A stretch of DNA of 33,261 nt from a virus (taxonomy: Duplodnaviria > Caudoviricetes): positions 1 through 33,261 of IMG/VR virus record IMGVR_UViG_3300020382_000130, one strand, 5' to 3'. Below the pieces are notes generated by a model. That model ran no database searches and was not told where the DNA came from. It saw only the letters and a program-made list of their open reading frames with translations. Positions 1 through 8,760 of this stretch are shown piece by piece (within the stretch, counting starts at the first letter, position 1; each line of letters begins with the position of its first letter). The position numbers and the translations under genes were made by a program.

Positions 1-342
1 AGCAGATTTCCGGGTGAATTTAACAAACAATGCTTTGATGATATTATGTTTTTTGGTGACAGTAAGACAATGGATACTATGTCAGGGTTGTATAAGTATT
101 ATGCTTTAAAAAATAGAGACAGTAGAAACCTAGAAACATCAGAGCCGCCAATTGACATCAATACAGATTTATACTTAGGACCTGGTACACTACTATATCA
201 GTATGCAGTAGATCATAACATTTATCCTGATGCTTTGAATGTCGACTATGCAGTTATACGGAGCACCATGCAAGACAAAGGACTAGATTCAGTTGATGAC
301 TACGATAAAATAAAAAAACTTTGGTTTGAGTGGTATAGATAA
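1..342 (+). CDS. Partial hypothetical protein (5' end outside window), possibly glycan-related
   Basis: Frame is open from base 1 (SRFPGEFNKQCFDDIMFFGDS...), upstream of the ORF-track start at 46; the stop TAA overlaps the next ATG (TAATG). Confidence 0.7.
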   Translation, partial: SRFPGEFNKQCFDDIMFFGDSKTMDTMSGLYKYYALKNRDSRNLETSEPPIDINTDLYLGPGTLLYQYAVDHNIYPDALNVDYAVIRSTMQDKGLDSVDDYDKIKKLWFEWYR

Positions 343-1202
343 TGAAATTAATTTTTGATGGTGATAGTTGGACGTTTGGATCTGAAATTGCAGACCCTAA
401 CCTAGCTAAACAGTATAGTAAAGATACTCATCCAGGAGCATGGGATTTTTTAGAAGAAAATGACAGCTATAGGATACCTAAAATTTATCCGCATCACATG
501 TCCCAGCAATTAGGATGTGACTATGTAAATTTAAGTTGGCCCGGTGATGATAACAGAACTATAATAGAAAGAACAATGTCATATATTTCTACAGAGTACT
601 TAGATTGTAATAAACCAACTGATGACATATTTGTAGTTATAGGATGGACAAGTCCTGAACGAGCCAGCTTTTGGTGGAAAAACGGCACCTTTTCGCGTAA
701 GTTTAGATTATGGCCGCAACATCAACACTTTGATGATAAACCGATGAAAAAACTTTGGAAGTTGTATGTTCAATATATGTGGAACCCGGAAGAATATATG
801 CCTCGTCATGTAACAACGGTACTACAATTCCAAAACTTTTGCAATGCTCATAATATTAAATGGTTATGTTACAATGCGTTTTACCAAACTCCGAACAACG
901 CTCCTGACAAGTGGGATGATCTTGATATGGTAGAGGAGTTAAAGAGTGTTGATTATAAAGTAAGTACATACTCATACTCTGAAAACGGCGAAAGAAACAT
1001 AAAAAAATTAAACTTTGAAACTTTATGGAACACAGTTGATCCAGTAAGATTTTACAAAAAAGATCAGCCTGACAGTACATTCAAAAGTTTTATTGAAGCA
1101 AATACTGCTGATCCTTTAGTGGGTTGGCATCCTAGTCCCTCAGGACACGAAGCGTGGGCAAATGAATTAGTAAGATATATTAAAGGAAATAAATTATTAT
1201 GA
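342..1202 (+). CDS. SGNH/GDSL hydrolase-fold protein (esterase/acyltransferase-like)
   Basis: Block I FDGDSWTFG near the N-terminus and block V WHPSPSGHEAWA at the C-terminus. Confidence 0.75.
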   Translation: MKLIFDGDSWTFGSEIADPNLAKQYSKDTHPGAWDFLEENDSYRIPKIYPHHMSQQLGCDYVNLSWPGDDNRTIIERTMSYISTEYLDCNKPTDDIFVVIGWTSPERASFWWKNGTFSRKFRLWPQHQHFDDKPMKKLWKLYVQYMWNPEEYMPRHVTTVLQFQNFCNAHNIKWLCYNAFYQTPNNAPDKWDDLDMVEELKSVDYKVSTYSYSENGERNIKKLNFETLWNTVDPVRFYKKDQPDSTFKSFIEANTADPLVGWHPSPSGHEAWANELVRYIKGNKLL

Positions 1203-1849
1203 CACGATTAGTAGTGGCAGGATGTTCAGTTAGTGACTATTTCGAAGTTGGAAAACCATGGGGCGAATATCTTTCAGAGAAGTTATCCTGTGAGTATCTT
1301 CATTTAGCAGGCGCTTCTGGATCTAATTATCGCATGTGGAGGTTGCTAGTATCACATGTTGTTGATAATAAAATAACTGCTGACGATACAGTAATAGTGC
1401 AATACACTACTCCAGAACGAAATGAATTCTGGTCTCCTCGGCCCCTGGAACAATTAGGTGGCGCTGGGGAAAATTACCATGGCGAAAGCGGCGGCAGCCT
1501 TGTTAAAATTAAACATAATACTTATACACACACGGATGGCAAAGAACACAAATTTGCAAAACTGTGGAGAAATTTTATTAACCCGGAGTTTGAAATAGAA
1601 AAGTTCAGAGTTAATCATATGATGTTTCAATGTTTGATGAAAGAATACGGCATTACTAAGTTATATTTTATACAAGCAGGCCCTTACGGATCATCTCTTG
1701 GTGAGTTACAGTTATTAGAATCATACAAGAACAACAATATAATTTGTAGAGATATATTTAAAGTAGAGAATTGTTTGCCGAATGATTTGTTTCATTTAAA
1801 TGATAACGGTCATAGAACACTTGCAGATATTGTAGCAGCTAGGTTATAG
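1199..1849 (+). CDS. SGNH/GDSL hydrolase-fold protein
   Basis: VAGCSVS (block I variant), GSN, C-terminal DLFHLNDNGH (DxxH); ATGA overlap with the upstream gene. Confidence 0.7.
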   Translation: MTRLVVAGCSVSDYFEVGKPWGEYLSEKLSCEYLHLAGASGSNYRMWRLLVSHVVDNKITADDTVIVQYTTPERNEFWSPRPLEQLGGAGENYHGESGGSLVKIKHNTYTHTDGKEHKFAKLWRNFINPEFEIEKFRVNHMMFQCLMKEYGITKLYFIQAGPYGSSLGELQLLESYKNNNIICRDIFKVENCLPNDLFHLNDNGHRTLADIVAARL

Positions 1850-1851
1850 CA

Positions 1852-3390
1852 ATGGATAAACATACAGTTATATTACCAACTGCCGGACTAGGTACTCGCA
1901 TGGGCGATTATACTAAGCATCTTAATAAAGGATTATTACCGTATAAAGAGAAACCTGTTATTGCGCATATTATAGATCAATTTCCTATAGACACACATTT
2001 TGTTATGCCAGTAGGATACTTAGCAGATCAAATTAAAGATTTTTGTGCTGTTGCATACAGCGATAGAAATATTACATTCGTAGATGTTGACTGGGAAAGT
2101 AATAAAGCTGGTACAGGCTATTCTTTATTACAATGCAAAGATTATATCAATAGTTCTTTTTGGTATGTTACTTGTGATACGTTTTTTAACGAGCCTGTAG
2201 TTACTAATACTCCTACACATGATTGCTATTATGTAAAAGATATTCCGCAAAAAGATAGCCATTTGTACACAATGTTTAACACAAATAGTAGTAATATAAT
2301 ACAAGATATTACATTTAAAAAAGATGCACCTAAAGACTGGACAGCTTGGACAGGACTAATGTATATTAGTGAATGGGACAACTTCTTTACTAAATTAAAC
2401 GATCTAGACGACAATGAATTTATACAACTAATACAACCTGGCAATATGTGTAAAACATTAAACAGTTGGTTAGATTTTGGTAGCCCTGCGTTATACCAAA
2501 CAGAAGTAGCAAAAAGTCAAAAGTTTGATTTTAGTAAAACAGATGAAGTTACTTATATTTGTAATAATCGTGTAGTAAAGTGGTGGCATGATAGTACTGT
2601 TCCAAAAAAGAAAAACCGCAAGCCCGAATTAAATCCTAAAGTATTTCCTTCAAATTGTTTAGTTAGAGGACAGTTTATGGCTTATGATTTTTTCCCCGGA
2701 CAAACATTATATTCGTTTAATAACCCAGTAGTATTTAAAGAATTATTAAAGTGGCTTGATGATAATGTATGGACAACTGTAGATTGCGACTTATCGCAAT
2801 CAGCTATGCTATTTTACAAAGACAAGACATTGGGCAGGATAGAAAAGTTCTTAGATAAGTATCCTGTATTGCAAAATATAACACATGTAAATGGTACAAA
2901 GATAAAACCATATTTAGAATACTTAGATAATATTAATTGGCAGTATCTTTCAACTAATACGTTACCTAGTTTCATTCATGGCGATTTACAGTTTGACAAT
3001 ATTATTGTAAACAATTCTGGTGACTTTTTATTAATTGACTGGAGACACGACTTTGCTGATGTAGTAGACTATGGAGATATATATTATGATCTAGCAAAAA
3101 TGGCTGGGGGATTTATAATTAATTATGCAAGTGTAAAACAACATAATTTTGATTTTGTAATATGTGGAACAGAAGTTACTGTTAAAACACCAAATATAGA
3201 TGAGATTAATACTTACCAACAAATATTAAAAGAATTTGTGTATTCAAAAGGATGGGACTACAAAAAAGTTCAACAATTAATACCTATTATATTTTGGAAT
3301 ATGAGTCCGCTACACACAGCACCATTTGATATGTTCTTATGGTACCTTGGAATAAAACTATTTGAGGATTTAGAAAATGATCATTATTGA
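1852..3390 (+). CDS. Nucleotidyltransferase (NTP_transferase/LicC-like) fused to a C-terminal APH/choline-kinase-like phosphotransferase
   Basis: N-terminal LPTAGLGTRMG..TK..NKGLLP signature; C-terminal IHGDLQFDNI (Brenner motif), LIDWR, YYDLAK. Confidence 0.85.
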   Translation: MDKHTVILPTAGLGTRMGDYTKHLNKGLLPYKEKPVIAHIIDQFPIDTHFVMPVGYLADQIKDFCAVAYSDRNITFVDVDWESNKAGTGYSLLQCKDYINSSFWYVTCDTFFNEPVVTNTPTHDCYYVKDIPQKDSHLYTMFNTNSSNIIQDITFKKDAPKDWTAWTGLMYISEWDNFFTKLNDLDDNEFIQLIQPGNMCKTLNSWLDFGSPALYQTEVAKSQKFDFSKTDEVTYICNNRVVKWWHDSTVPKKKNRKPELNPKVFPSNCLVRGQFMAYDFFPGQTLYSFNNPVVFKELLKWLDDNVWTTVDCDLSQSAMLFYKDKTLGRIEKFLDKYPVLQNITHVNGTKIKPYLEYLDNINWQYLSTNTLPSFIHGDLQFDNIIVNNSGDFLLIDWRHDFADVVDYGDIYYDLAKMAGGFIINYASVKQHNFDFVICGTEVTVKTPNIDEINTYQQILKEFVYSKGWDYKKVQQLIPIIFWNMSPLHTAPFDMFLWYLGIKLFEDLENDHY

Positions 3391-3405
3391 AATAGTGGAA
3401 TATTT

Positions 3406-3903
3406 ATGATACTATATTTAGATATGGACGGCGTAATTGCAAACTTCTGCGATGCACTTGCAAAAAAAAATGGAGTAGACGACTGGAAGAAAATTCCTAA
3501 TAAAGAATTGGCGCTCTTTAATTTAAAGTGTACAAACTTTTCTAACACTATTGAGTTATATACGTCAACCCAAAAATTAGTATCAGCAGTCAAAGATATT
3601 GCAGGAGATAACTATGGAATATGTTCAAGTCCATTAACTGACGACCAACACAATAGCAGTTACTGGAAACGAGTATGGTTAGAGCGCCACGGGCTTATGC
3701 CGTCAATTCCTAATTTAATCTTTACAAGAAACAAAGAAAAATATGCAGTTGAACGAATTGACAGCTCACCTCATATTCTTGTCGATGATAAGCTTAGTAA
3801 TATTAATCAGTGGATTAATGCTGGAGGCATTGGCATCTGTTATCGCGCTGATATAGATAGTGTTGACGAATTAATAAAAAAATTAACTAAAACATATAAG
3901 TAA
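3406..3903 (+). CDS. HAD-superfamily 5'(3')-deoxyribonucleotidase (NT5C-like)
   Basis: Motif I YLDMDGVIANF, K..WL..H, motif IV LVDDKLSNI..W...GG.GI. Confidence 0.85.
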   Translation: MILYLDMDGVIANFCDALAKKNGVDDWKKIPNKELALFNLKCTNFSNTIELYTSTQKLVSAVKDIAGDNYGICSSPLTDDQHNSSYWKRVWLERHGLMPSIPNLIFTRNKEKYAVERIDSSPHILVDDKLSNINQWINAGGIGICYRADIDSVDELIKKLTKTYK

Positions 3904-3904
3904 T

Positions 3905-3933
3905 TTGACAAATACAACAATAGGTGCTATAAT
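3905..3933 (+). promoter_or_regulatory. Consensus sigma70 (early) promoter, giving a leaderless transcript
   Basis: TTGACA (3905-3910), 17 nt, TATAAT (3928-3933), with extended -10 TGn; the ATG at 3939 is 5 nt downstream. Confidence 0.9.
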
Positions 3934-3938
3934 AAGAC

Positions 3939-4616
3939 ATGTATGACATTGTATTCATAAGTTATCAAGAACCTAGTGCAGATGAAAACTACGCTGCACT
4001 AAAGGCTAGATTTCCTATGGCTAAGCGTGTACACGGAGTTAAAGGAATACATCAAGCACACATTAACGCAGCAAAGAAGTGTTTTACTAAGATGTGTTGG
4101 ATTGTAGATGCTGACGCAATAATTTTAGACAACTTTAACTTTGACTATACTGTGCCTGATCATCAATTAGATCACGTACATGTATGGCGCAGTCAGAATC
4201 CTGTTAATGATTTAGTGTATGGATACGGAGGAGTAAAGTTATTTCCTCGACATATGACAATTAATATGGACACAAGAAATCCAGACATGACTACAAGCAT
4301 TAGCTCACAGTTTATTGCTGTAGAAGAAGTTGCAAATATTACAGCTTTTAACACTGATCCGTTTAATACATGGAAGAGTGCATTTCGAGAATGTGCAAAA
4401 TTAAGCAGCAAAATAATTGCGAGGCAAAATAATGAAGAAACCGAAGATAGACTTATGGCTTGGTGTACAAAAGGCAGTGAGAGACGCTGTGGTAGTTTCG
4501 CTATTGCTGGTGCTATTGCTGGCAGGGAGTTTGGCTTATCTATTATGGCTAGCGATATTAGCCTAATAAACGACTTTGATTGGTTATATGAAGAATTTTC
4601 AAAACATACCATTTGA
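3939..4616 (+). CDS. Glycosyltransferase-like protein (GT-A fold)
   Basis: N-terminal DIVFISY strand, GIHQAH..AA, WIVDADA (DxD motif), YGGVKLF. Confidence 0.6.
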   Translation: MYDIVFISYQEPSADENYAALKARFPMAKRVHGVKGIHQAHINAAKKCFTKMCWIVDADAIILDNFNFDYTVPDHQLDHVHVWRSQNPVNDLVYGYGGVKLFPRHMTINMDTRNPDMTTSISSQFIAVEEVANITAFNTDPFNTWKSAFRECAKLSSKIIARQNNEETEDRLMAWCTKGSERRCGSFAIAGAIAGREFGLSIMASDISLINDFDWLYEEFSKHTI

Positions 4617-5592
4617 CGACATAACAAGTTTTGGTCAGAAGACTTTGCTAAACACTAACCTGTTTACTGTGTCGTGGATCCTTGCTAGATTTTGTAATTA
4701 CAATTGCAGCTATTGCTGGCCCTATGCTAGAAGTAGTACGCCTGACCACCAAGATTTAGCAGTATACACTGATACAATTGATAATATTAAGTTACAAGCC
4801 CGCGCAAATGGATTTACTGACTTCCACTTTAGCTTTAGCGGCGGCGAGCCTACTGCATATAAATACTTTGGGAAGGTTATAGACCATTATTGCAGTGATG
4901 CAACTCCTGAGTACCAGAGTATCCACATGACGACTAATCTTAGCCCAGGAAGCAAATGGTGGAACAGATGGATAGAATCTACAAGCAGTCTGCAACGTAG
5001 AAGTATTACCGCAAGCTACCATGCAGAGTTTGCTAATGAACAAGAGTTTGGAGACAAGTGTCTGCAACTTATGAAGGCAGGTGTATATGTTACGATCAAT
5101 CAAGTTATGGTTCCAGAAATGTTTGAAGAGCTTTACGAGCGCCTACAGCGATTTGCCGCCAGAGGTATTAATGTCACTGTCAAGCCCCAATCCGATCCTA
5201 CCGCCTCCCGTGTGGTATCCGGGTATACTGAAGAACAACTCAACTTATTGCAAACAGGATTCCCCCAACGAATCCCAGACGAATTCAAAAAAATAATACC
5301 GTTACTACAAGTAGAATTACAAGACAAAGCAGGAAACAAGTACTACATAGACCAAGCTGAACGATTTAATGCGTTTGGATTCAATAAGTTCAAAGGCTGG
5401 AGTTGTAATGCAGGATACCAAGGATGTGTCATACGAGAGAATGAAGTTAAGCGCAGCTACAGTTGTCACGATCAACCACTAGGCACGTTAGACGGCGGCT
5501 TTGAGCTGTTTAAAGCACCACGTAAGTGTATTACTCCGACTTGTGTAAGTAGTGCTGACAGCAAGATACCAAAGGTAAAGTATGAAAGTTGA
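4588..5592 (+). CDS. Radical SAM protein with C-terminal Cys-rich SPASM/twitch-like extension
   Basis: CNYNCSYC, FSGGEPT, C-terminal FKGWSCNAG...SC...CITPTC. The ATG at 4588 is preferred over the TTG at 4576. Confidence 0.9.
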   Translation: MKNFQNIPFDDITSFGQKTLLNTNLFTVSWILARFCNYNCSYCWPYARSSTPDHQDLAVYTDTIDNIKLQARANGFTDFHFSFSGGEPTAYKYFGKVIDHYCSDATPEYQSIHMTTNLSPGSKWWNRWIESTSSLQRRSITASYHAEFANEQEFGDKCLQLMKAGVYVTINQVMVPEMFEELYERLQRFAARGINVTVKPQSDPTASRVVSGYTEEQLNLLQTGFPQRIPDEFKKIIPLLQVELQDKAGNKYYIDQAERFNAFGFNKFKGWSCNAGYQGCVIRENEVKRSYSCHDQPLGTLDGGFELFKAPRKCITPTCVSSADSKIPKVKYES

Positions 5593-6193
5593 AATTCAAG
5601 ACGTTCTATTTTGGATGGATGCAATTCGAAATAGCGAAGACAAATACCGTACACTTGAAAGTTTTTGGAAAGGCCAAGTTAATAGTAAAGTTTGGCTTAT
5701 TGATTCTTTAGAAAGTCTGCCAGTATGCAGAGACTTAAATAATCGTATTGCCATCTACGGAGGATGGAACGGAGTTCTTGCAAGTTTATTGTTTAACAGC
5801 AAATTAGATATAGAAAAAATTACAAGTATAGACATTGACTCTGCATGCGAAGAAATTGCAAATACAGTTAATAAAAACTACGAAATATCAGGCAAATTTA
5901 ATGCAGTAACAGCAGATATGTGTAATTACACCCAGTCTGCTGACATAGTCATTAATACAAGTTGTGAGCATATTACGCAGGAGCAATATGAGCAATGGCT
6001 ATTAAATCAACCAGATAATGCTTTATTTGTAGTACAGAGTAATAACTATTTTGACTTAGACGAGCATATACGTTGTGCAACAGATATAAATGACTTTATG
6101 CGTATGAGTAATATTAAACCGTACTGGAGAGGTGAATTTGAAACACCTAAGTACACACGTTATATGATTATAGGTAAAAAGAAATCACGTTAA
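5582..6193 (+). CDS. Class I SAM-dependent methyltransferase
   Basis: Motif I IYGGWNG, acidic SIDID, ADM, DIVINTSCEH. Confidence 0.8.
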   Translation: MKVEIQDVLFWMDAIRNSEDKYRTLESFWKGQVNSKVWLIDSLESLPVCRDLNNRIAIYGGWNGVLASLLFNSKLDIEKITSIDIDSACEEIANTVNKNYEISGKFNAVTADMCNYTQSADIVINTSCEHITQEQYEQWLLNQPDNALFVVQSNNYFDLDEHIRCATDINDFMRMSNIKPYWRGEFETPKYTRYMIIGKKKSR

Positions 6194-7659
6194 CGTGTCA
6201 TTATTTTGTAATAATCCTTAGCAACAACACTGTCTGCCCAATCACCGTTTTTTAATGCGTATTCAACATCTTTATAATCTTGAATTTTATTAAGTGTTGT
6301 ATTTTTCCACACATTATATCTATTTTCCATACCAGCAGTTATTGATTTCTCTGCTACTTCTTTACTAAATTTTCCAAGCCCTGCTAACACATGATTCCAA
6401 GCCCTGTAACTTAAATGATTATGTGGATTAGGAATATCCTCTTCTGTTAACATTCTATGTGATGCAATTTCTAAAATATCTTTAACTCTATCAGTCATAA
6501 TTTCTCCACTAGCGCAATACTTCCAAAATGGAGTGTCTGCTCTGCCACCTGAGTAATGCAGAACTATAAAATCCTTTATGTCGTCATAAATTTTAGCCAT
6601 ATCATTATTATAGCTTGTCCTCGATGATTGATTTTTTAACGATTCGCCGAGTGCATCTATTTGAAGTTTAGTAGCATGGACGCTTGTAGCCTCTAATGGT
6701 TCCACAAATGCACTTGCTAGTCCTAACGACACGCAATTTTTCTGCCACATATTTTCTAATCTGCCTGCTTCAAATTTTATATGTTTACCAGGGTTTATAT
6801 CAAACTTTGGATGCCGCATTTCTAGTTCTTTAATTACTTCGTCATAATTAATAAATTCATCGCAGTATACGTAACCAAACCCTATTGTGTCGAACAATGG
6901 TATTTTCCAAGACCAGCCAGCTGACATCGCTTCAGCACCAGTATATATTCCTATGGGCCGATGATCAGGAAGTCTAAAAGGCACAGCACTATTTAAGATA
7001 AGATGCTTACTGTATGATATCCATTTATTGTCTAACTTATTCATAAGTAATTTTTTAAAACCAGTACAGTCAATATATAACTCGCTAGTTACCATACTGC
7101 CGTCTTCTAGCGTTAAACTTTTTATACCGTCTTTATCTACGTTAACTTCCGATACTACAGCATCTATTACTTTTACATTTTTAGACTGATCTTTCAACCA
7201 TTTGCCGATTAAATGTCCGTCAAAATGATAACTCCATTCTGTTTCTGTCCAAACACCAGTTTCATCTTTTCTTATAGGCACTTTATCTTCACTTAAGAAT
7301 AGCCCTAACGGAGATATATCGCGAATATTTTTATTTTGCGAAATCATTAAAGGTAAGAAGTCTTCTCTTTCTGTATTTGGAAGTATATCTAATGGTAAGC
7401 TATATGTATTAGGCCACCCACTATGTTGGACAGCAATTTTCATAGTTCCTTGTACATCATCCATAAAACTTCTAGGGTCGAACCCGAGATCAGTATTACT
7501 ATTAATTAATGATCCTACTACGTGTGTCGCACCTTCCCCAACACCGATAATGCCTATTTTACTAGATTCTATTACTGTTATATTGTGATTATATATTCTG
7601 CTTAATATTAGAGCAGCAAGCCAACCTGCTGTTCCTCCTCCGACTATTACTATATTCAT
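6190..7659 (-). CDS. Flavin-dependent (tryptophan) halogenase family protein
   Basis: VGGGTAGW FAD motif, GVGE, putative catalytic Lys in GTMKIA, IDCTG, GWSWKIP (WxWxIP), FVEPLEAT. Confidence 0.9.
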   Translation of the reverse strand: MNIVIVGGGTAGWLAALILSRIYNHNITVIESSKIGIIGVGEGATHVVGSLINSNTDLGFDPRSFMDDVQGTMKIAVQHSGWPNTYSLPLDILPNTEREDFLPLMISQNKNIRDISPLGLFLSEDKVPIRKDETGVWTETEWSYHFDGHLIGKWLKDQSKNVKVIDAVVSEVNVDKDGIKSLTLEDGSMVTSELYIDCTGFKKLLMNKLDNKWISYSKHLILNSAVPFRLPDHRPIGIYTGAEAMSAGWSWKIPLFDTIGFGYVYCDEFINYDEVIKELEMRHPKFDINPGKHIKFEAGRLENMWQKNCVSLGLASAFVEPLEATSVHATKLQIDALGESLKNQSSRTSYNNDMAKIYDDIKDFIVLHYSGGRADTPFWKYCASGEIMTDRVKDILEIASHRMLTEEDIPNPHNHLSYRAWNHVLAGLGKFSKEVAEKSITAGMENRYNVWKNTTLNKIQDYKDVEYALKNGDWADSVVAKDYYKIMTR

Positions 7660-7664
7660 AAATA

Positions 7665-7692
7665 TATTTAGTAGTATTTGAACCGATAAGTA
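7665..7692. promoter_or_regulatory. Back-to-back T4-late-like promoters
   Basis: CTAAATA on minus (7665-7671) 5 nt before the halogenase ATG; ATAAGTA on plus (7686-7692) 5 nt before the ATG at 7698. Confidence 0.65.
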
Positions 7693-7697
7693 ATAAT

Positions 7698-8294
7698 ATG
7701 GATACCACGCTACATAAAAATTATATTACAACAGCTAAACTGAACTTAGATATAGATAAAATAAAAAATAGTTGCTATGCACTTAGCAACATAATAATAA
7801 ACGAGTTTACAGAGACTGACCATGGCTATGAAGATGAAACAGCCAAAGCTCCAATCACAACTAAGGTACACGATCAATACAATTTATTTACATATAATCT
7901 AGAAGGGTTTCATCCTTTATATTTTAAAATACAAGAGTTGTTCCGACAGGTTAATACTGACGCCGACGAGTACTATATTCAATGTTGGCTAAATTTATAC
8001 AAACAAGGCGACTTTATTAATTGGCACAACCACTCCGATTACGGAGAAGGTAGCTGGCATGGATTCTATTGTATAGACTGTGAGCCTAGTAAAACATCGT
8101 ATAGACTACCTAATGTAAAGGACATCGTAGATATTGATAGTGAGAATAACTTATTAGTAATAAACAAGAGTGACGGTGACTGGCATAGAACCTGGCCATG
8201 GGAGTTTGCAGATAGAGATAGAATTACTATAGCGTTTGATATTGTTCCTAGAGAATCCCAAGCTAATCTTCCAGGAATTTGGTTTCCTATTTAA
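7698..8294 (+). CDS. Putative Fe(II)/2-oxoglutarate dioxygenase (phage TIGR02466-like)
   Basis: WLNLY..GDF..WHNH, distal WH, DRITIAFD. Confidence 0.75.
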   Translation: MDTTLHKNYITTAKLNLDIDKIKNSCYALSNIIINEFTETDHGYEDETAKAPITTKVHDQYNLFTYNLEGFHPLYFKIQELFRQVNTDADEYYIQCWLNLYKQGDFINWHNHSDYGEGSWHGFYCIDCEPSKTSYRLPNVKDIVDIDSENNLLVINKSDGDWHRTWPWEFADRDRITIAFDIVPRESQANLPGIWFPI

Positions 8295-8658
8295 CTTCGT
8301 TTAATCCAAATTCTCTATCTAAGTATTTCCATTCAACTTTAACAGGATCCCATTGTTCTAACTCTGCAAAAATAATGTCTTTATTTAAAGTGCCGCATGT
8401 ATAAACATCTAGTTGTACGAGAGCAGGAACTACAGCGTCCCATATATGTATTGCAATGTGACTAGTTTCAATTACAACTACTCCAGTTAGTCCTTCATTG
8501 CCTGGCATATCCACATATGCAGTAATAGGCCCTCTGCACACTTTCATGTCAATTTTATCTACTAGACTAGTAAGCCAATTTTGCAACCAAGATTCGTCTT
8601 TTGGAGGTGTTGAAACTTCGGCACGAATGATTAAGTGTTTGTGTTCGAGTAATTTCAT
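8287..8658 (-). CDS. speD: Pyruvoyl-dependent S-adenosylmethionine decarboxylase family proenzyme (class 1b)
   Basis: KHLII, GLTGVVVIETSHIAIHIW self-cleavage motif, DVYTCG; 123 aa. Confidence 0.85.
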   Translation of the reverse strand: MKLLEHKHLIIRAEVSTPPKDESWLQNWLTSLVDKIDMKVCRGPITAYVDMPGNEGLTGVVVIETSHIAIHIWDAVVPALVQLDVYTCGTLNKDIIFAELEQWDPVKVEWKYLDREFGLNEVK

Positions 8659-8660
8659 AT

Positions 8661-8692
8661 AATACCATTCTCAGTTGTAGAATGGTATTTAG
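8661..8692 (-). promoter_or_regulatory. Late-type promoter overlapping a perfect 11-bp hairpin over the speD translation start
   Basis: AATACCATTCT (8661-8671) / AGAATGGTATT (8679-8689) with a 7-nt loop; CTAAATA on minus at 8686-8692. Confidence 0.7.
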
Positions 8693-8742
8693 TTGTAAGG
8701 ATACTGGGCGTCCTGCCAAACTGGTGCATACGGAACAAGTAC

Positions 8743-8754
8743 AGGAGATAAGTA
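8743..8754 (+). promoter_or_regulatory. AGGAG plus late-type promoter ATAAGTA
   Basis: AGGAG at 8743-8747 and ATAAGTA at 8748-8754, 6 nt before the ATG at 8761. Confidence 0.55.
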
Positions 8755-8760
8755 CAGCAT

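Noticed and set aside
8693-8760. SAM riboswitch upstream of speD or the rSAM gene
   Set aside because: I could not match SAM-I, II, V or SAM/SAH consensus elements by eye; it is kept only as a low-interest unexplained spacer.
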